A DNA stretch of 64,000 bases from Candidatus Woesearchaeota archaeon. Its GTDB lineage: Archaea > Nanobdellota > Nanobdellia > Woesearchaeales > JACQSR01. The translations under genes and the position numbers were made by a program. Each line of letters begins with the position of its first letter. Positions within the stretch are counted from its first letter, which is position 1. The notes under the pieces are model-generated. The model was not told the origin of the DNA. It saw only the letters and a list, made by a program, of their open reading frames with translations, and ran no database searches. Location: contig JACQSR010000014.1 of the NCBI GenBank assembly GCA_016211215.1, positions 14,980 to 78,979 on the forward strand, written 5' to 3'. Shown piece after piece: positions 47,108 through 58,329 of the stretch.

Positions 47108-47971
47108 TTATGCAAGGAAATACACAATCAGGGGTATTGCAAAAAGAGAAATCAGGGTGGACAGGAAAACCGTGGAGGCTACATAATCCGGGTCTGCCCG
47201 GAATTTCTGAGCCAGCAGCAAGGACATAAGCGCGGATGGCATTGCAGACTGGAGGATTATGGTGGATTTTGTAACGCCCGAAATTCCCAGAAGATAAACG
47301 AACAATAAAGAAACGGCAAGGCCTCCAAGGATTCTTGCAATTGATGAAATAAGCCCTATCCTGAATGTGGTAATCTTAACTTCAGTCAGCTTATACCCGA
47401 GTATTATTAGGGCAAGCGGAATGGTAGCCTTTCCGACAATGTCCATGGTTGAAAAAAGGACATCCGGAATCCTGATGTTGAAATATACAAGGATTACGGA
47501 GAGCAGGATTGCATAAAGCTGGGGCATTTTTGCAACTTCCTTAAAGGAGTCCCTGCTGCTGACTATGTATATTCCAACCGTGTATATCAGCACCGATGTC
47601 ACCATGTTATACACCAATGCCTCTGCAAGGCCGACACTGCCGAACGCAAAAAGCGCAACCGGCAATCCCATATGCCCGGTATTCCCGAAGATTAAAGACA
47701 GCTTAACGCCCCGGGAATTGAATCCTGAAATCCTGTAGAATATTGACACCAAAACCCATATTGAGAGCATGACAAAGCATGCGCCGGCGATGATTACCAC
47801 AATGTTTGACAGCTGTGTTGCACTGCCAACAAGAGATGTGACAATCAGCGGCGGAATGGTGACATAAAGAAGAAAATCAACAAACGGATTGATGTCAACC
47901 CTCTTTATCTTCCCAAGGAAAAAACCTAGCCCGATTATCAGGATTAGCGGAAGTATGACATCAATAACCAT
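47108..47971 (-). CDS. AEC-family (auxin efflux carrier-like) membrane transporter
   Basis: 287 aa, about 8-10 TM, N-terminal ILPLILIIGLGFFLGK typical of the Mem_trans family. Confidence 0.55.
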   Translation of the reverse strand: MVIDVILPLILIIGLGFFLGKIKRVDINPFVDFLLYVTIPPLIVTSLVGSATQLSNIVVIIAGACFVMLSIWVLVSIFYRISGFNSRGVKLSLIFGNTGHMGLPVALFAFGSVGLAEALVYNMVTSVLIYTVGIYIVSSRDSFKEVAKMPQLYAILLSVILVYFNIRIPDVLFSTMDIVGKATIPLALIILGYKLTEVKITTFRIGLISSIARILGGLAVSLLFVYLLGISGVTKSTIILQSAMPSALMSLLLAQKFRADPDYVASTVFLSTLISLFAIPLIVYFLA

Positions 47972-47972
47972 G

Positions 47973-49652
47973 TTAGCTCAAATCAGTAACTGCTCCTTTG
48001 TCAGCTGACGAGACGTTTTTTGCATATTTGTAAAGCACCCCTCTTTTGTATTTCAGCCCGGGAGCTTTCCATGACTTCAGGCGCTTTTTTATCCCGTCTT
48101 CGGGGATGTTGAGCCGCAGCGACTGCCTGTCTGCGTCGATGGTTATGGAATCGCCTTCCCTGATGATTGCGATTGGGCCTCCCACCTGGGCTTCCGGGCA
48201 AACGTGGCCAACAACCAATCCGTGAGTGCCTCCTGAAAACCTGCCATCCGTGATTAATCCCACTTTGTCGCCAAGGCCTTTTCCGACGATTGCTGATGTC
48301 GGGGCAAGCATCTCGCGCATTCCAGGACCGCCTTTCGGGCCTTCATACCGTATTACAATAACATCTCCGCTTTTGATTCTGCCCTTCAATATCGATTCCA
48401 AAGCAGCCTCTTCTGAATCGAACACCTTTGCAGGGCCGGTTATTGAAGTTGAATTTAATCCTGAGACCTTTGCAACTGCGCCGTTAGGGGCAAGATTGCC
48501 GCGCAAAATTACTATTGGTCCTGTTGGCCTGAGAGGATGCCTTAAATCACGAATTATTTCCTGATGCGCCTTCAGTGGAGGCACATTCCGCAGGTTTTCA
48601 GCCAATGTTTTTCCCGTCACAGTAATGCAGTCACCGTGCAACAGCCCTGCATCGAGAAGCATCTTCATAACGCCGGTTATTCCGCCAACCTTGTACAAGT
48701 CATACATCACATATTTTCCGGACGGCTTAAGGTCTGCAAGATGGGGGACTTTTTTTGAAATCCTGTCGAAGTCATCAAGGGTCACACTAACCCCGACGGT
48801 GTGCCCCATTGCAATTAAGTGCAACACGGCATTTGTTGAGCCTCCAAGCGCCATCACCAGGGAGATTGCGTTCTCAAACGCTTTTTTGGTCATGATATCT
48901 TTTGGGGTGATGCCTTTTTCCATAAGATTCATCACGGCCTTCGCTGCATTGTAGCATTCCTCTTTCTTTTTCTGGTCTTCAGCAGGAGTTGATGCTCCAC
49001 CCGGCAGCGACATTCCCAAAGCTTCTATGGCAGAGGCCATCGTGTTTGCGGTGTACATTCCGCCACAGCTTCCGGCGCCCGGGCATGCACGGCACTCTAT
49101 CTCATGGAGGTCTTCCTTCGAAATCTTCTTTGCGCTGTACTGCCCCACAGCCTCGAAGATGCTTACTATGTCTATATCCTTTCCATGGTATTTTCCCGGC
49201 AGTATAGTGCCGCCATAAACAAAGACAGAGGGGATGTTAAGCCTCGACATGGCCATAACGCACCCGGGCATGTTCTTGTCGCAGCCGCCGATTGCGATTA
49301 AGCCGTCAAACCTCTCAGCCTGTGAAACAGTTTCAACTGAATCCGCAATTATTTCCCTTGAACTCAATGAGAATTTCATTCCTTCCGTGCCCATGGAAAT
49401 TCCGTCGCTTACAGTAATTGTCCCAAAAGTAAGCCCTGCACCGCCATTTTCCCTTATGCCGCGCCTTGCCTCTATTGCGAGCTTGTCTATGTGCATGTTG
49501 CACGGCGTAACATCAGACCATGTGGAAGCAACGCCAATAATCGGCTTGCTGAAATCTTCGTCTTTAAATCCAACGGCGCGAAGCATGCCGCGGTTTGGGG
49601 CTCTTGAGTCTCCCTCTGTCAGAACCGATGATTTAGTTTTGAGCGTTTTCAT
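47973..49652 (-). CDS. ilvD: Dihydroxy-acid dehydratase
   Basis: CDKNMPG, SRE and GGxxG ILVD_EDD motifs; 559 aa. Confidence 0.9.
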   Translation of the reverse strand: MKTLKTKSSVLTEGDSRAPNRGMLRAVGFKDEDFSKPIIGVASTWSDVTPCNMHIDKLAIEARRGIRENGGAGLTFGTITVSDGISMGTEGMKFSLSSREIIADSVETVSQAERFDGLIAIGGCDKNMPGCVMAMSRLNIPSVFVYGGTILPGKYHGKDIDIVSIFEAVGQYSAKKISKEDLHEIECRACPGAGSCGGMYTANTMASAIEALGMSLPGGASTPAEDQKKKEECYNAAKAVMNLMEKGITPKDIMTKKAFENAISLVMALGGSTNAVLHLIAMGHTVGVSVTLDDFDRISKKVPHLADLKPSGKYVMYDLYKVGGITGVMKMLLDAGLLHGDCITVTGKTLAENLRNVPPLKAHQEIIRDLRHPLRPTGPIVILRGNLAPNGAVAKVSGLNSTSITGPAKVFDSEEAALESILKGRIKSGDVIVIRYEGPKGGPGMREMLAPTSAIVGKGLGDKVGLITDGRFSGGTHGLVVGHVCPEAQVGGPIAIIREGDSITIDADRQSLRLNIPEDGIKKRLKSWKAPGLKYKRGVLYKYAKNVSSADKGAVTDLS

Positions 49653-50245
49653 TCAAATCCGCCTGTGTAAGGCAATTTGCCGTGGATGTTTTTTGCCAGA
49701 TTTTTATTGCTTAGCATTTCCCCCAGCACATCCCATGTTCCCTGCGTAAGGCTCTTTTTATCCCTTGCTGTAACCCCAATTGAAAAATCCCCATATTCAA
49801 CCCTGTCGTTTTCTATGTCAATCCTTATTTCCGCATCTGGGTTTTCCCTGATGAATTCCATGAGATTTTTTATGTCTTCCTGTTTTGCAGCCACGATGGG
49901 AATTCCGTTTGCGATGCAGTTTCCGGCGAATATTTCAGCGAAGCTTTCACCGATTATTGCTTTTATTCCGAAACCTATCAACGCAGCTGGTGCATGCTCC
50001 CTGCTGGAGCCGCATCCGAAGTTTTTGTTGACAACCAGAATTGATGCCCCCCGGTATTTTTTGTCATTGAATGGGTGCCTGAGCGGTTTTCCCTTCCCGT
50101 CAAAGCGGGCATCCTGGAATGCATACTGGCCAAGTTTGCTGAAGTCCAGCACTTTCATGTACCTTGCGGGAATAATCCTGTCAGTATCTATATCATCTCC
50201 TTCCACAAATATACCGCGGCCCTTGACTTCGGTGATTTTGGTCAT
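49649..50245 (-). CDS. leuD: 3-isopropylmalate dehydratase small subunit
   Basis: Aconitase swivel domain, 198 aa, coupled to ilvD. Confidence 0.8.
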   Translation of the reverse strand: MTKITEVKGRGIFVEGDDIDTDRIIPARYMKVLDFSKLGQYAFQDARFDGKGKPLRHPFNDKKYRGASILVVNKNFGCGSSREHAPAALIGFGIKAIIGESFAEIFAGNCIANGIPIVAAKQEDIKNLMEFIRENPDAEIRIDIENDRVEYGDFSIGVTARDKKSLTQGTWDVLGEMLSNKNLAKNIHGKLPYTGGFE

Positions 50246-50342
50246 GATGCCATTAAGGGTTATTAGGGGGTTTTATAAATATTGTTGGCAAATGGAGAAT
50301 AATAGCAGATCGCATTAATAATTGGACATTTGTGCGCTCTGC

Positions 50343-50394
50343 TAGTATAGTAAAGTGCAATAATAAAGTTCCAATATTTATGCACTTTACTATA
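50343..50394. promoter_or_regulatory. Perfect 14-bp inverted repeat TATAGTAAAGTGCA-N21-TGCACTTTACTATA between divergent leuD and relB starts
   Basis: Seen directly; candidate operator or hairpin. Confidence 0.4.
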
Positions 50395-50452
50395 ACATTG
50401 GAAAACAGCAATATTTATATACTAGTTATAACTACTATATAAGGTACGAGAG

Positions 50453-50692
50453 GTGATAAGTATGCCAACAACAGTTCAACTGAAAGACCAAACACTTGAA
50501 AGATTAAAATACTTTAAAGAAGCATCTAAAGAGAGCTACGATGAGATTATTAACAAAATTCTTGATGATGTTGAAGAAGGCGAGCTGAGTGATGAAACTA
50601 TTGAGGACTTGAAAAAGGGTATTCGTGAAATAAGGGGGGGGAAAGGCGAAAGTATTGAAGATGTTGCAAAAGAGCTGGGTATTAAGTTATGA
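50453..50692 (+). CDS. Ribbon-helix-helix antitoxin (RelB/ParD-like)
   Basis: N-terminal PTTVQLKDQTLERLKYFK beta-strand/helix pattern of RHH; overlaps relE by 4 nt. Confidence 0.55.
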   Translation: MISMPTTVQLKDQTLERLKYFKEASKESYDEIINKILDDVEEGELSDETIEDLKKGIREIRGGKGESIEDVAKELGIKL

Positions 50693-50940
50693 GATTTGTA
50701 ATCCAGCCTTCAGCAAAGAAGGAGTTAAAGAAGCTTGACAGGCAAATAATCGAGGTAATCCTGAAAAAGTTCTATTCGATACAAAATAATCCTTTGCCTA
50801 ACTTAATCAGACTGAAAAACAGCCCTTTCTGGAAATTGAGGATTGGGGATTACAGGGCAATTGTTGTTATAAACACGAAGGACCAGATAGTTAATGTCAT
50901 AAAGATTGGCCACAGAAAAAATATCTATAAGAGATTGTGA
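50689..50940 (+). CDS. relE: RelE/ParE-family type II toxin
   Basis: FWKLRIGDYRAIVVINTKDQIVNVIKIGHRKNIYK matches the RelE/StbE C-terminal pattern. Confidence 0.7.
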   Translation: MRFVIQPSAKKELKKLDRQIIEVILKKFYSIQNNPLPNLIRLKNSPFWKLRIGDYRAIVVINTKDQIVNVIKIGHRKNIYKRL

Positions 50941-51008
50941 TTCCCATATAATGGGTACTTTTTGGTACAGATGTAACAAACATATGGTTGCGTTTGTAAC
51001 TAACCTTC

Positions 51009-52391
51009 CTAAAGGTAATCCCTCACATCCGCAACCTTTCCCTCGCACGCCGCGATTGCCACCATGGCAGGGCTCATTAACAGGGTTCTTCCAGTCGGGC
51101 TTCCCTGACGGCCCTTGAAATTCCTGTTTGATGTTGACGCGCAAACTTCATCTCCAATTAATTTGTCAGGGTTCATTGCAAGGCACATACTGCATCCGGC
51201 ATTGCGCCATTGGAATCCTGATTTTTTGAAAATTTCATCAAGGCCTTCCGATTCTGCCTGCATCCTGACCTGCTCAGAGCCGGGAACAACCAATGCACGG
51301 ACTCCATTGTGAACCTTCCTTCCATTGACAATTTTAGCGGCTTCCCTCAAGTCTGAAATCCTTGAATTTGTGCAGGAGCCTATGAATGCAACGTTGATTT
51401 TTTTTCCTTTTATTTGTTCTCCCTTCCTGAATTTCATGTACTGCAACGCCTCTTCATCCGCATCATCCGGTATTTTTTCATTTACAGATATGCTCTGGCC
51501 CGGGTTTATTCCATAAGTAACTATAGGCTCTATTTTGCTTCCGTCCAACTTAATTTCATCATCATATCCTGCGTTCCTGTCAGATTTTACCGAATCCCAG
51601 AATTTTACTGCTTTGCTGAAGTTTTTCGGGGCAAACTCCCTGCCTTTCAGGTAGTCGTATGTTGTTTCGTCAGGGTTCACATATCCCATTCTTGCTCCGC
51701 CTTCAATTGACATATTGCAGACGGTCATTCTCTCTTCCATTGAGAAATTGTCCAAGACATTTCCGGCGTATTCGTATGCATACCCTATTCCGCCCTTGAC
51801 GCCTAAATTATTGATTATTTTCAGTATGACATCCTTTGCGTAAACGCCTTTTTGCAGTTTTCCGCTTACATTAATCCTTCTGAGCTTCGGCTTTGACGCT
51901 GCAAGGCATCCCGTTGCAAGTATGTCGCGTATCTGCGAAGTTCCGACGCCCATCGCTATTGCTCCAAACGCCCCGTGAGTTGATGTGTGGCTGTCTCCGC
52001 ATGCTATTGTCATGCCGGGCTGTGTTAAACCCAATTCGGGGCCTATTATGTGGACAATTCCGTGCTTTTTGCTGCCCAACCCGTAAAACCGGATTTTGCT
52101 GCTTTTTGTGTTTTCCTCCAGCGCCTTCAGCATTTCCTCCGCAAGCCTGTCCCTGAACGGCCTTGACAGAATGTCGGTCGGAATTATGTGGTCGGCAGTT
52201 GCAGCGCAGTTTTCAGGGAACATCACCTTAAGATTTTTCTCCCTCAGCACGGAGAATGCCTGCGGGCTCGTTACCTCATGTATCAGGTGCAATCCTATGA
52301 AAATCTGGTCTAACCCGGACTTTAAAGTTGCGACCTTGTGCATTTTCCAGACTTTGTCTAACAGACTTTCTCCCATGAATTTTGATAACAT
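51009..52391 (-). CDS. leuC: 3-isopropylmalate dehydratase large subunit
   Basis: Aconitase family Fe-S ligand region ([27 protein letters not shown]); 460 aa. Confidence 0.9.
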   Translation of the reverse strand: MLSKFMGESLLDKVWKMHKVATLKSGLDQIFIGLHLIHEVTSPQAFSVLREKNLKVMFPENCAATADHIIPTDILSRPFRDRLAEEMLKALEENTKSSKIRFYGLGSKKHGIVHIIGPELGLTQPGMTIACGDSHTSTHGAFGAIAMGVGTSQIRDILATGCLAASKPKLRRINVSGKLQKGVYAKDVILKIINNLGVKGGIGYAYEYAGNVLDNFSMEERMTVCNMSIEGGARMGYVNPDETTYDYLKGREFAPKNFSKAVKFWDSVKSDRNAGYDDEIKLDGSKIEPIVTYGINPGQSISVNEKIPDDADEEALQYMKFRKGEQIKGKKINVAFIGSCTNSRISDLREAAKIVNGRKVHNGVRALVVPGSEQVRMQAESEGLDEIFKKSGFQWRNAGCSMCLAMNPDKLIGDEVCASTSNRNFKGRQGSPTGRTLLMSPAMVAIAACEGKVADVRDYL

Positions 52392-52415
52392 TGGGCTATT
52401 TTTAAAGGTAAGGAT

Positions 52416-53300
52416 TTAGATTAGCAAAAGTTGGCGCTGCTCTTTAGCCGCCTTCAAGCCCTTTCTGCCAGCAGGAATCAGGGTAAATCCTCCCCTGATA
52501 ATATTGTCTCCCAACATCATCTGCCTAATATGATCGTGCAGACCCTGCTGGATTTGTCTGTAAATCTCTGCTTTCCTTGAGCTGTCCCCTTCCTCTGGAG
52601 GATTAAATCTCAAGAAATCCCACAAATAGCCCTGAACCAGCGGCCTCTCATCCGGAATTCCTTTTGAGGATGGAACCTTACTGAAACGGCATACTTCTAT
52701 GCTCCGAGAACTAGGATTATAATACAAGATAAAGGAACCTTGAAAGGGTATAACAGTTTCCCATTCCGCCCGCGTCAGTATCTTGTATTTTTCCCTCTCG
52801 TAATCCCCTAATTCTTGATATAGCTTTTGGGCCCTCCCGAAGGCTTGTCTTGTTGTTGCTGCATTAAATATCCCTTTTATTTCCTCAATTTCTTCCGCTG
52901 TCACACTTTTATCGCCAATCATGTATGCGACTATATCCTCTACCGTTTCCTTTATTGTTCCGAGCAGACGCGCCTGCCTCAAGAAGGGCCCCTCATACCT
53001 TTTCTTTGCACGGTCGTAGTCTATCGCCCTGGGAAAAATAAATCCAACTCTATTGCCGGGACTGGCTCTGTCAATCCTTGACTGCAGATAACTTTGTAAA
53101 CCGGTATTTTCAATCGTTGAAACGTCTGTAATCACATCAAGCGAGAAGTGGGTTTTCTTTAAGCCAGAGCGGATTCCGTTCCCTTCAAATATATGGGAGT
53201 AATCAGTTTGAGAATCACCCATATTAGCGAGCATTAGATTATTTTTTACATATGCAATCATTGAATGCACTACTTGCTCATTGGTTAACATCTCTGCCAT
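52416..53300 (-). CDS. Hypothetical protein embedded in the ilv/leu cluster
   Basis: 294-aa ORF, no recognisable motif. Confidence 0.4.
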   Translation of the reverse strand: MAEMLTNEQVVHSMIAYVKNNLMLANMGDSQTDYSHIFEGNGIRSGLKKTHFSLDVITDVSTIENTGLQSYLQSRIDRASPGNRVGFIFPRAIDYDRAKKRYEGPFLRQARLLGTIKETVEDIVAYMIGDKSVTAEEIEEIKGIFNAATTRQAFGRAQKLYQELGDYEREKYKILTRAEWETVIPFQGSFILYYNPSSRSIEVCRFSKVPSSKGIPDERPLVQGYLWDFLRFNPPEEGDSSRKAEIYRQIQQGLHDHIRQMMLGDNIIRGGFTLIPAGRKGLKAAKEQRQLLLI

Positions 53301-53412
53301 ACTCTTAACGAATCTATACCAGTATAAGAAAGTTTACATCCCCCCATTATTGCCTAAAATGTATCCCTATTTCTTTGGCAACTTTTTTATATACCTGCCG
53401 GCTTAATAGGCT

Positions 53413-53898
53413 ATGGACTTCATTGCGCACGGATTTTGGAGTTATATTATCTTTCACAGGACAAAGAAGGCGTTATATGCAGTGTTTTTCGGACTGCTTC
53501 CCGACATTGTTTCATGGGGTCCTTATTTCTTCTACAGGCTTTTCACCGGAGCTTCCTTCGGTAAGCCGGATATTTCCCAAATACCAAGCTGGACATACAC
53601 TCTTTACGGTATTGGGCACAGCCTGATTGTGTGGCTTGCAATAATTGGAATTGTTTATTTAATCCTGAGAAGGGTTCCGGTTTATCTCTATGCAGCACCG
53701 CTGGAGGTTCTGATGGACATACCGACTCACTCGCAGGAATTTCTTCCAACACCATTTCTCTGGCCGGTTTCTGACTGGGCATTTCCCGGAATAAGCTGGG
53801 GACAGTGGTGGTTTATGGTTTTGAATTATAGTTTGATAGCTATATTCATGGTTTATATTTTGAACGAGAAGAGAACAGAAAAGATTAAGAATAAGTAA
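53413..53898 (+). CDS. Membrane protein (DUF457 / membrane-bound metal-dependent hydrolase-like)
   Basis: MDFIAHGFWSY start with His-rich TM helices; 161 aa. Confidence 0.45.
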   Translation: MDFIAHGFWSYIIFHRTKKALYAVFFGLLPDIVSWGPYFFYRLFTGASFGKPDISQIPSWTYTLYGIGHSLIVWLAIIGIVYLILRRVPVYLYAAPLEVLMDIPTHSQEFLPTPFLWPVSDWAFPGISWGQWWFMVLNYSLIAIFMVYILNEKRTEKIKNK

Positions 53899-54108
53899 GA
53901 TTCCCTTAGAGCATGGATATGAAAAAATTGCTAAAAGAAGGCTACATTGAAATGGCGGAAGAATCCCTGAGAATATGCAAAGAATGGGAAGCTGTTGATG
54001 AGGAATGGGGATAGCCCAAAAGATAAAGCCCCGATTTGTAGTCGCTTCTCCAATGAAACTTTTTCTGCATTGCAAAACCTTATAAAGTTGTCCTTACTGC
54101 TAAGTAGT

Positions 54109-55152
54109 ATGAAAAGTGCAAAGGTTTTTGCTCCTGCAACCATCGCAAATATCGGCCCCGGTTTTGATATTTTTGGGGTTGCTTTGGACGAGCCAGGCGA
54201 TATTGTTCTTGCAGTCGAATCAGAAGCAAATATAGGGGTGAAACTTGTTGACATAATCAACAACCCCGGACTGCCTTACGGCCCTGAAAATGTTGTTGAA
54301 GCAGTTGGCGCAAAAGTCCTTGAGGCTTCCGGAGAAAGCAAGGGCATTGAGCTTATTCTTCAGAAAAACATGAAAATTGGAACGGGCATGGGAAGCAGCG
54401 CTTCAAGTGCTGTTGCTGCCGCGCTTGCGGTAAATTCTGTTCTTGACAAGCCCTTCAGGAGAAATGACCCGGTAATAATAGATGCTGTTGTCTATGGAGA
54501 AGCAGTTGCAACCAAAAGCCAAAGAGGGCATCCCGACAATGTTTTGCCGTCTCTGCTTGGCGGATTTGTATTCATATACGACTCAAATAATTTTGCTCAT
54601 CGAAGGTACGAAATCAAAGACTCTCCTTACCTTGTTGTTGTAGCCCCTGACTTAAGGGTTGATACCGGAGATGCAAGAAGAGCCTTGAAGGATGCACCAT
54701 ACGATATTTCTAAGTTAGTTTCCCTAAGCCAAAGATTTGTGATTTGGGGCAGATTGGACGAATCTTTTATGCCTACTGAAAAAGCAGTAAAATCTGGCGG
54801 TTCTGTCTCGGTGGTTGAAGAATACCTAAATGGTGCATTGATGGTTGCTGAAGGACTTCAGGAAGGTGATTTTGAAAAAGTGGGTAAAGGAATGATGATG
54901 GATGGCATAGTAACTCCTGTAAGGGAAAAATTTATTCCGGGATATGACAGAGCAAAATCTGAAGCCCTGAATGCAGGCGCTTATGGATTTACAATCTCAG
55001 GCTCAGGACCTTCTGTTGCCATGGTTGTGCGAGATGATGCACTTTCCGCCTGTAAGGTACAGGGCGCAGTAATCAATGCATTTAAGGCAGAAGGCATCAG
55101 TGCTGTTGGTTACATTTCCAAAGTAAACAATAACGGCGCAAGGTTACTTTAA
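54109..55152 (+). CDS. thrB: Homoserine kinase (GHMP family). The likely start is the Met at 54109; the track ORF starts at 53995
   Basis: VFAPATIANIGPGFDIFG (ThrB N-terminal signature) and GMGSSASSAVAAALA (GHMP motif II). Confidence 0.65.
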   Translation: MKSAKVFAPATIANIGPGFDIFGVALDEPGDIVLAVESEANIGVKLVDIINNPGLPYGPENVVEAVGAKVLEASGESKGIELILQKNMKIGTGMGSSASSAVAAALAVNSVLDKPFRRNDPVIIDAVVYGEAVATKSQRGHPDNVLPSLLGGFVFIYDSNNFAHRRYEIKDSPYLVVVAPDLRVDTGDARRALKDAPYDISKLVSLSQRFVIWGRLDESFMPTEKAVKSGGSVSVVEEYLNGALMVAEGLQEGDFEKVGKGMMMDGIVTPVREKFIPGYDRAKSEALNAGAYGFTISGSGPSVAMVVRDDALSACKVQGAVINAFKAEGISAVGYISKVNNNGARLL

Positions 55153-55154
55153 GT

Positions 55155-56129
55155 TTATCTCTTCTTAAACAACTCCCGTATTTCCTTCCCAACAACTTCT
55201 ATCGGGTGCTTTGCCTCTTCTTCGCGCAATCTTTTCAGGTTTGGAAGTCCTTTTTTGTTTTCGGCAATCCATTCTTCCGCGAACTTTCCGTTTTCAACGT
55301 TCTTCAGGATTTCCTTCATGTTTTTCCTTACTTCGTCAGTTATTATCATCTTGCCCCTGGTACGGCCACCATACTCAGCGGTGTTGGAAACAACGTCCCA
55401 CATCCTTGTCAAGCCGCCTTCGTGCACAAGGTCAACAATCAGCTTCATTTCATGCAGACACTCAAAATATGCCATTTCAGGTGGATAGCCCTTTTCCACA
55501 AGAGTTTCAAAGCCTGCCTTAATCAGTTCCGCAAGGCCTCCGCACAGAACTGCCTGCTCCCCGAAGAGGTCTTCAAATGTTTCATCCTCAAATGTGCAGT
55601 CAATGACTCCTGCACGGGTAAATCCGCACGCTGATGCCATAGCAAGCGCAGTCTGCCTTGCGTTTCCCGAAGCATCCTGTGCAACTGCAATCAGCGCTGG
55701 CACCCCATACCCTTCCACAAACCTTTTTCTCTCTTCGGTTCCCGGCGCCTTGGGAGCAACCATTATTGCGTCAACGCCGGCGGGAGGAACAATTCTCCTG
55801 AACACGAAATTAAACCCGTGGCTCCATGACAGGGTCTTTCCGGGAGCAACGTGCTGTTTAATCTCCTTCTCATAAACATCCTTTTGGTTCTCGTCGGGAA
55901 TCAGTATGTGGATTATGTCTGCCTTTTCTGCAGCTTCCGAAACGGGCATTACCTTTACGCCATCGTTTTTCGCCTGCTCAAAAGACTTTCCCTGCCTGCA
56001 CCCAACGATTACACTGACGCCAGAATCTTTCATGCACAACGCCTGAGCACGGCCCTGGGCGCCATACCCCATTACAGCAATAGTCCTGCCCTTCAGCACA
56101 TCAAGATTTCCTTTTTTTATTATGTTCAT
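55155..56129 (-). CDS. ilvC: Ketol-acid reductoisomerase
   Basis: Rossmann GYGAQGRAQA, class I KARI, 324 aa. Confidence 0.9.
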   Translation of the reverse strand: MNIIKKGNLDVLKGRTIAVMGYGAQGRAQALCMKDSGVSVIVGCRQGKSFEQAKNDGVKVMPVSEAAEKADIIHILIPDENQKDVYEKEIKQHVAPGKTLSWSHGFNFVFRRIVPPAGVDAIMVAPKAPGTEERKRFVEGYGVPALIAVAQDASGNARQTALAMASACGFTRAGVIDCTFEDETFEDLFGEQAVLCGGLAELIKAGFETLVEKGYPPEMAYFECLHEMKLIVDLVHEGGLTRMWDVVSNTAEYGGRTRGKMIITDEVRKNMKEILKNVENGKFAEEWIAENKKGLPNLKRLREEEAKHPIEVVGKEIRELFKKR

Positions 56130-56140
56130 GTTGTACCACC

Positions 56141-57283
56141 CTATTTATTTTGATGCAATTCTTCGCATTTCTTCGCAATCGCAGTTCCCATATCGGAGCA
56201 TTTGCTTGAGCCGCCCATGTCCTTGGTCTTAACTTTTCCATCTCTGATAACTTCCTGGACTGCGTTTAGCATCAGGTCTGCAGACTTCTGCATTTTCAGC
56301 TCCGAAAGCATTAGAGAGCCAGCCCATATTGTTGCAAGGGGATTTGCAACATTTAATCCCCTGTACTTTGGAGCAGAGCCGTGAATGGGCTCGAACATTG
56401 AGATTCCATCCGGATTAATGTTGCCTCCGGGAGCCAGCCCAAGACCACCCTGAATCATTGCCCCCAGGTCAGTTATAATGTCCCCGAACATGTTTGGCGC
56501 AACAACCATCTGGAACCACTCTGGATTTTTCACAAACCACATTGTGATTGCATCAACATAATTAAAGTCATATTCTATGCCGGGATACTTTTTCGCAACC
56601 TCGTCAACGGTTTCGCGCCAGAAGGAATAAACGCTGTCCAGTACATTTGCCTTGTCAACTGCGGTAACCTTTGTCTTTTTGTTTTTCCTTGCGCGCTCGA
56701 ATGCATATTCAATCACGCGCCTGGAGCCTTTTTTTGACAAAACCCCGATTTGATACGCTATTTCGGAGCCCTGCGTGTCAATGTCGAGGCCGAATTTAAC
56801 GCTGTACAGAGACCTTATGACTTCCAGCTCCTGCTTTGAGTTTCCAATCTTTGCCCTGTTTCCGATTCCAACGTAAAAATCCTCGGTGTTTTCCCTTACA
56901 ACTTCAAAGTTTATGTCCTTCGGCGTTTTGTTCTTTAACGGGCATTCAACACCATCCAATAATTTAATTGGCCTAAGGTTGACATACTGGTCAAAATAAA
57001 ACCTTGTTTTCAGCAGAATTCCTTTCTCAAGAATTCCGGGCTTAACGCGAGGGTCTCCAAGCGCTCCAAGATAAATGGCTTTGCAGGTCTTTTTGATTTC
57101 CTTTAGCGTGTCTTCAGTTATAAGCTCCCCGGTTTTGAGGTATCTGTCCGCGCCATTGTCATACCTAACCCATTCCACTTCAAAATTATGGAGCTCGGAA
57201 ACCTTGTTGATTACCTTTACGCCCTGCTCAATTATCTCAGGCCCAATGCCGTCGCCCGGCATCAGCGCAATTCTGTATTTCAT
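56141..57283 (-). CDS. leuB: 3-isopropylmalate dehydrogenase
   Basis: IDH/IMDH family motifs (NLFGDIITD, GSAPK); 380 aa; sits in the leu cluster. Confidence 0.8.
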   Translation of the reverse strand: MKYRIALMPGDGIGPEIIEQGVKVINKVSELHNFEVEWVRYDNGADRYLKTGELITEDTLKEIKKTCKAIYLGALGDPRVKPGILEKGILLKTRFYFDQYVNLRPIKLLDGVECPLKNKTPKDINFEVVRENTEDFYVGIGNRAKIGNSKQELEVIRSLYSVKFGLDIDTQGSEIAYQIGVLSKKGSRRVIEYAFERARKNKKTKVTAVDKANVLDSVYSFWRETVDEVAKKYPGIEYDFNYVDAITMWFVKNPEWFQMVVAPNMFGDIITDLGAMIQGGLGLAPGGNINPDGISMFEPIHGSAPKYRGLNVANPLATIWAGSLMLSELKMQKSADLMLNAVQEVIRDGKVKTKDMGGSSKCSDMGTAIAKKCEELHQNK

Positions 57284-57369
57284 CTGGTCACGGAATTTAT
57301 AATGTTATATAAAGGTTATTGTGCTTGCCAATACAAAAGTTTAAGAATATTTGATGGGAATTTAGCGTC

Positions 57370-58329
57370 ATGAAAAGGATTATGTGCCTGATTCTGGTGC
57401 TTCTTGTGCTTGCAGGCTGCGCGAAGGAGCAGAAATCGAACCTTCGGCTGCCCTCTGAGAGTTTCGTGAGGCAGAACATAATGCCTTCCCCTCCTTTCGA
57501 AAACCTGCCGCAGGCAAAAGAGAGCGATTACGACATAAATGATATTCTTTTTGACGACATAATTCCCGGGATTGGCGCCGGAGACAAATTTGGCGAAGGC
57601 GCATGGAACAACAGGGTGCTTATTTCTGAATCCACGAATTCAAAGGTATGGAGCAAGAGGGCAAAGATTATAGCGGAGCAGGCGTCATATCCCGAGGCTT
57701 TTGTTGATAATGAAGGCAGGCTCAGGGTTTATTTTTCAGACTCCAAAAACAAGGGGACAAGCGTTGCAATATGGCACAACAGCAAGTGGATTTACAAGCA
57801 CGTCGGAATAGAGGAGGGTGTAAGCGACACCAGCATTACAGCTTCTGGCGACGGCAATTACAGGATGTACTACCAGATTGGAAACAGCATATTCAGCGCA
57901 AAATCAAGGAACGGGGTTTACTTTGAGAGGGAAACAGGGGTTAGATTGAGCGGAAACGACATAGGGGGATTTGATGTTTTTAAAATTCCGTCCGGATGGG
58001 AAATTATTGTTTCAGAAGGAGGCGAATTCTTCGCCTCAGATTCGCAGGACGGCCTTGCATTCGGAAACCTGGAAGACATTAGTATACATGGATTTGGAGG
58101 GGATGTATTAAGCGAAGGCGACAGCTACCGGCTGTTTTACGAGGACGATTACGCAAAGCAGCCTGCAGTATTCTCTGCCTCCTCAAAAGACGGGATTTCG
58201 TGGAGCAGGGATTCGGGAGTGAGGCTTATTGGGGGCTCGAAGCTCGACAAGAAGGGAGTATTCGGGCCGTCAGTTGCCAAGCTGGATGAAAAATCCTACA
58301 GGATGGCATATTATTCCAGGATAAATTAG
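57370..58329 (+). CDS. Secreted lipoprotein, beta-propeller-like (unknown function)
   Basis: Lipobox VLAGC; repeated G-rich beta-strand segments. Confidence 0.4.
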   Translation: MKRIMCLILVLLVLAGCAKEQKSNLRLPSESFVRQNIMPSPPFENLPQAKESDYDINDILFDDIIPGIGAGDKFGEGAWNNRVLISESTNSKVWSKRAKIIAEQASYPEAFVDNEGRLRVYFSDSKNKGTSVAIWHNSKWIYKHVGIEEGVSDTSITASGDGNYRMYYQIGNSIFSAKSRNGVYFERETGVRLSGNDIGGFDVFKIPSGWEIIVSEGGEFFASDSQDGLAFGNLEDISIHGFGGDVLSEGDSYRLFYEDDYAKQPAVFSASSKDGISWSRDSGVRLIGGSKLDKKGVFGPSVAKLDEKSYRMAYYSRIN

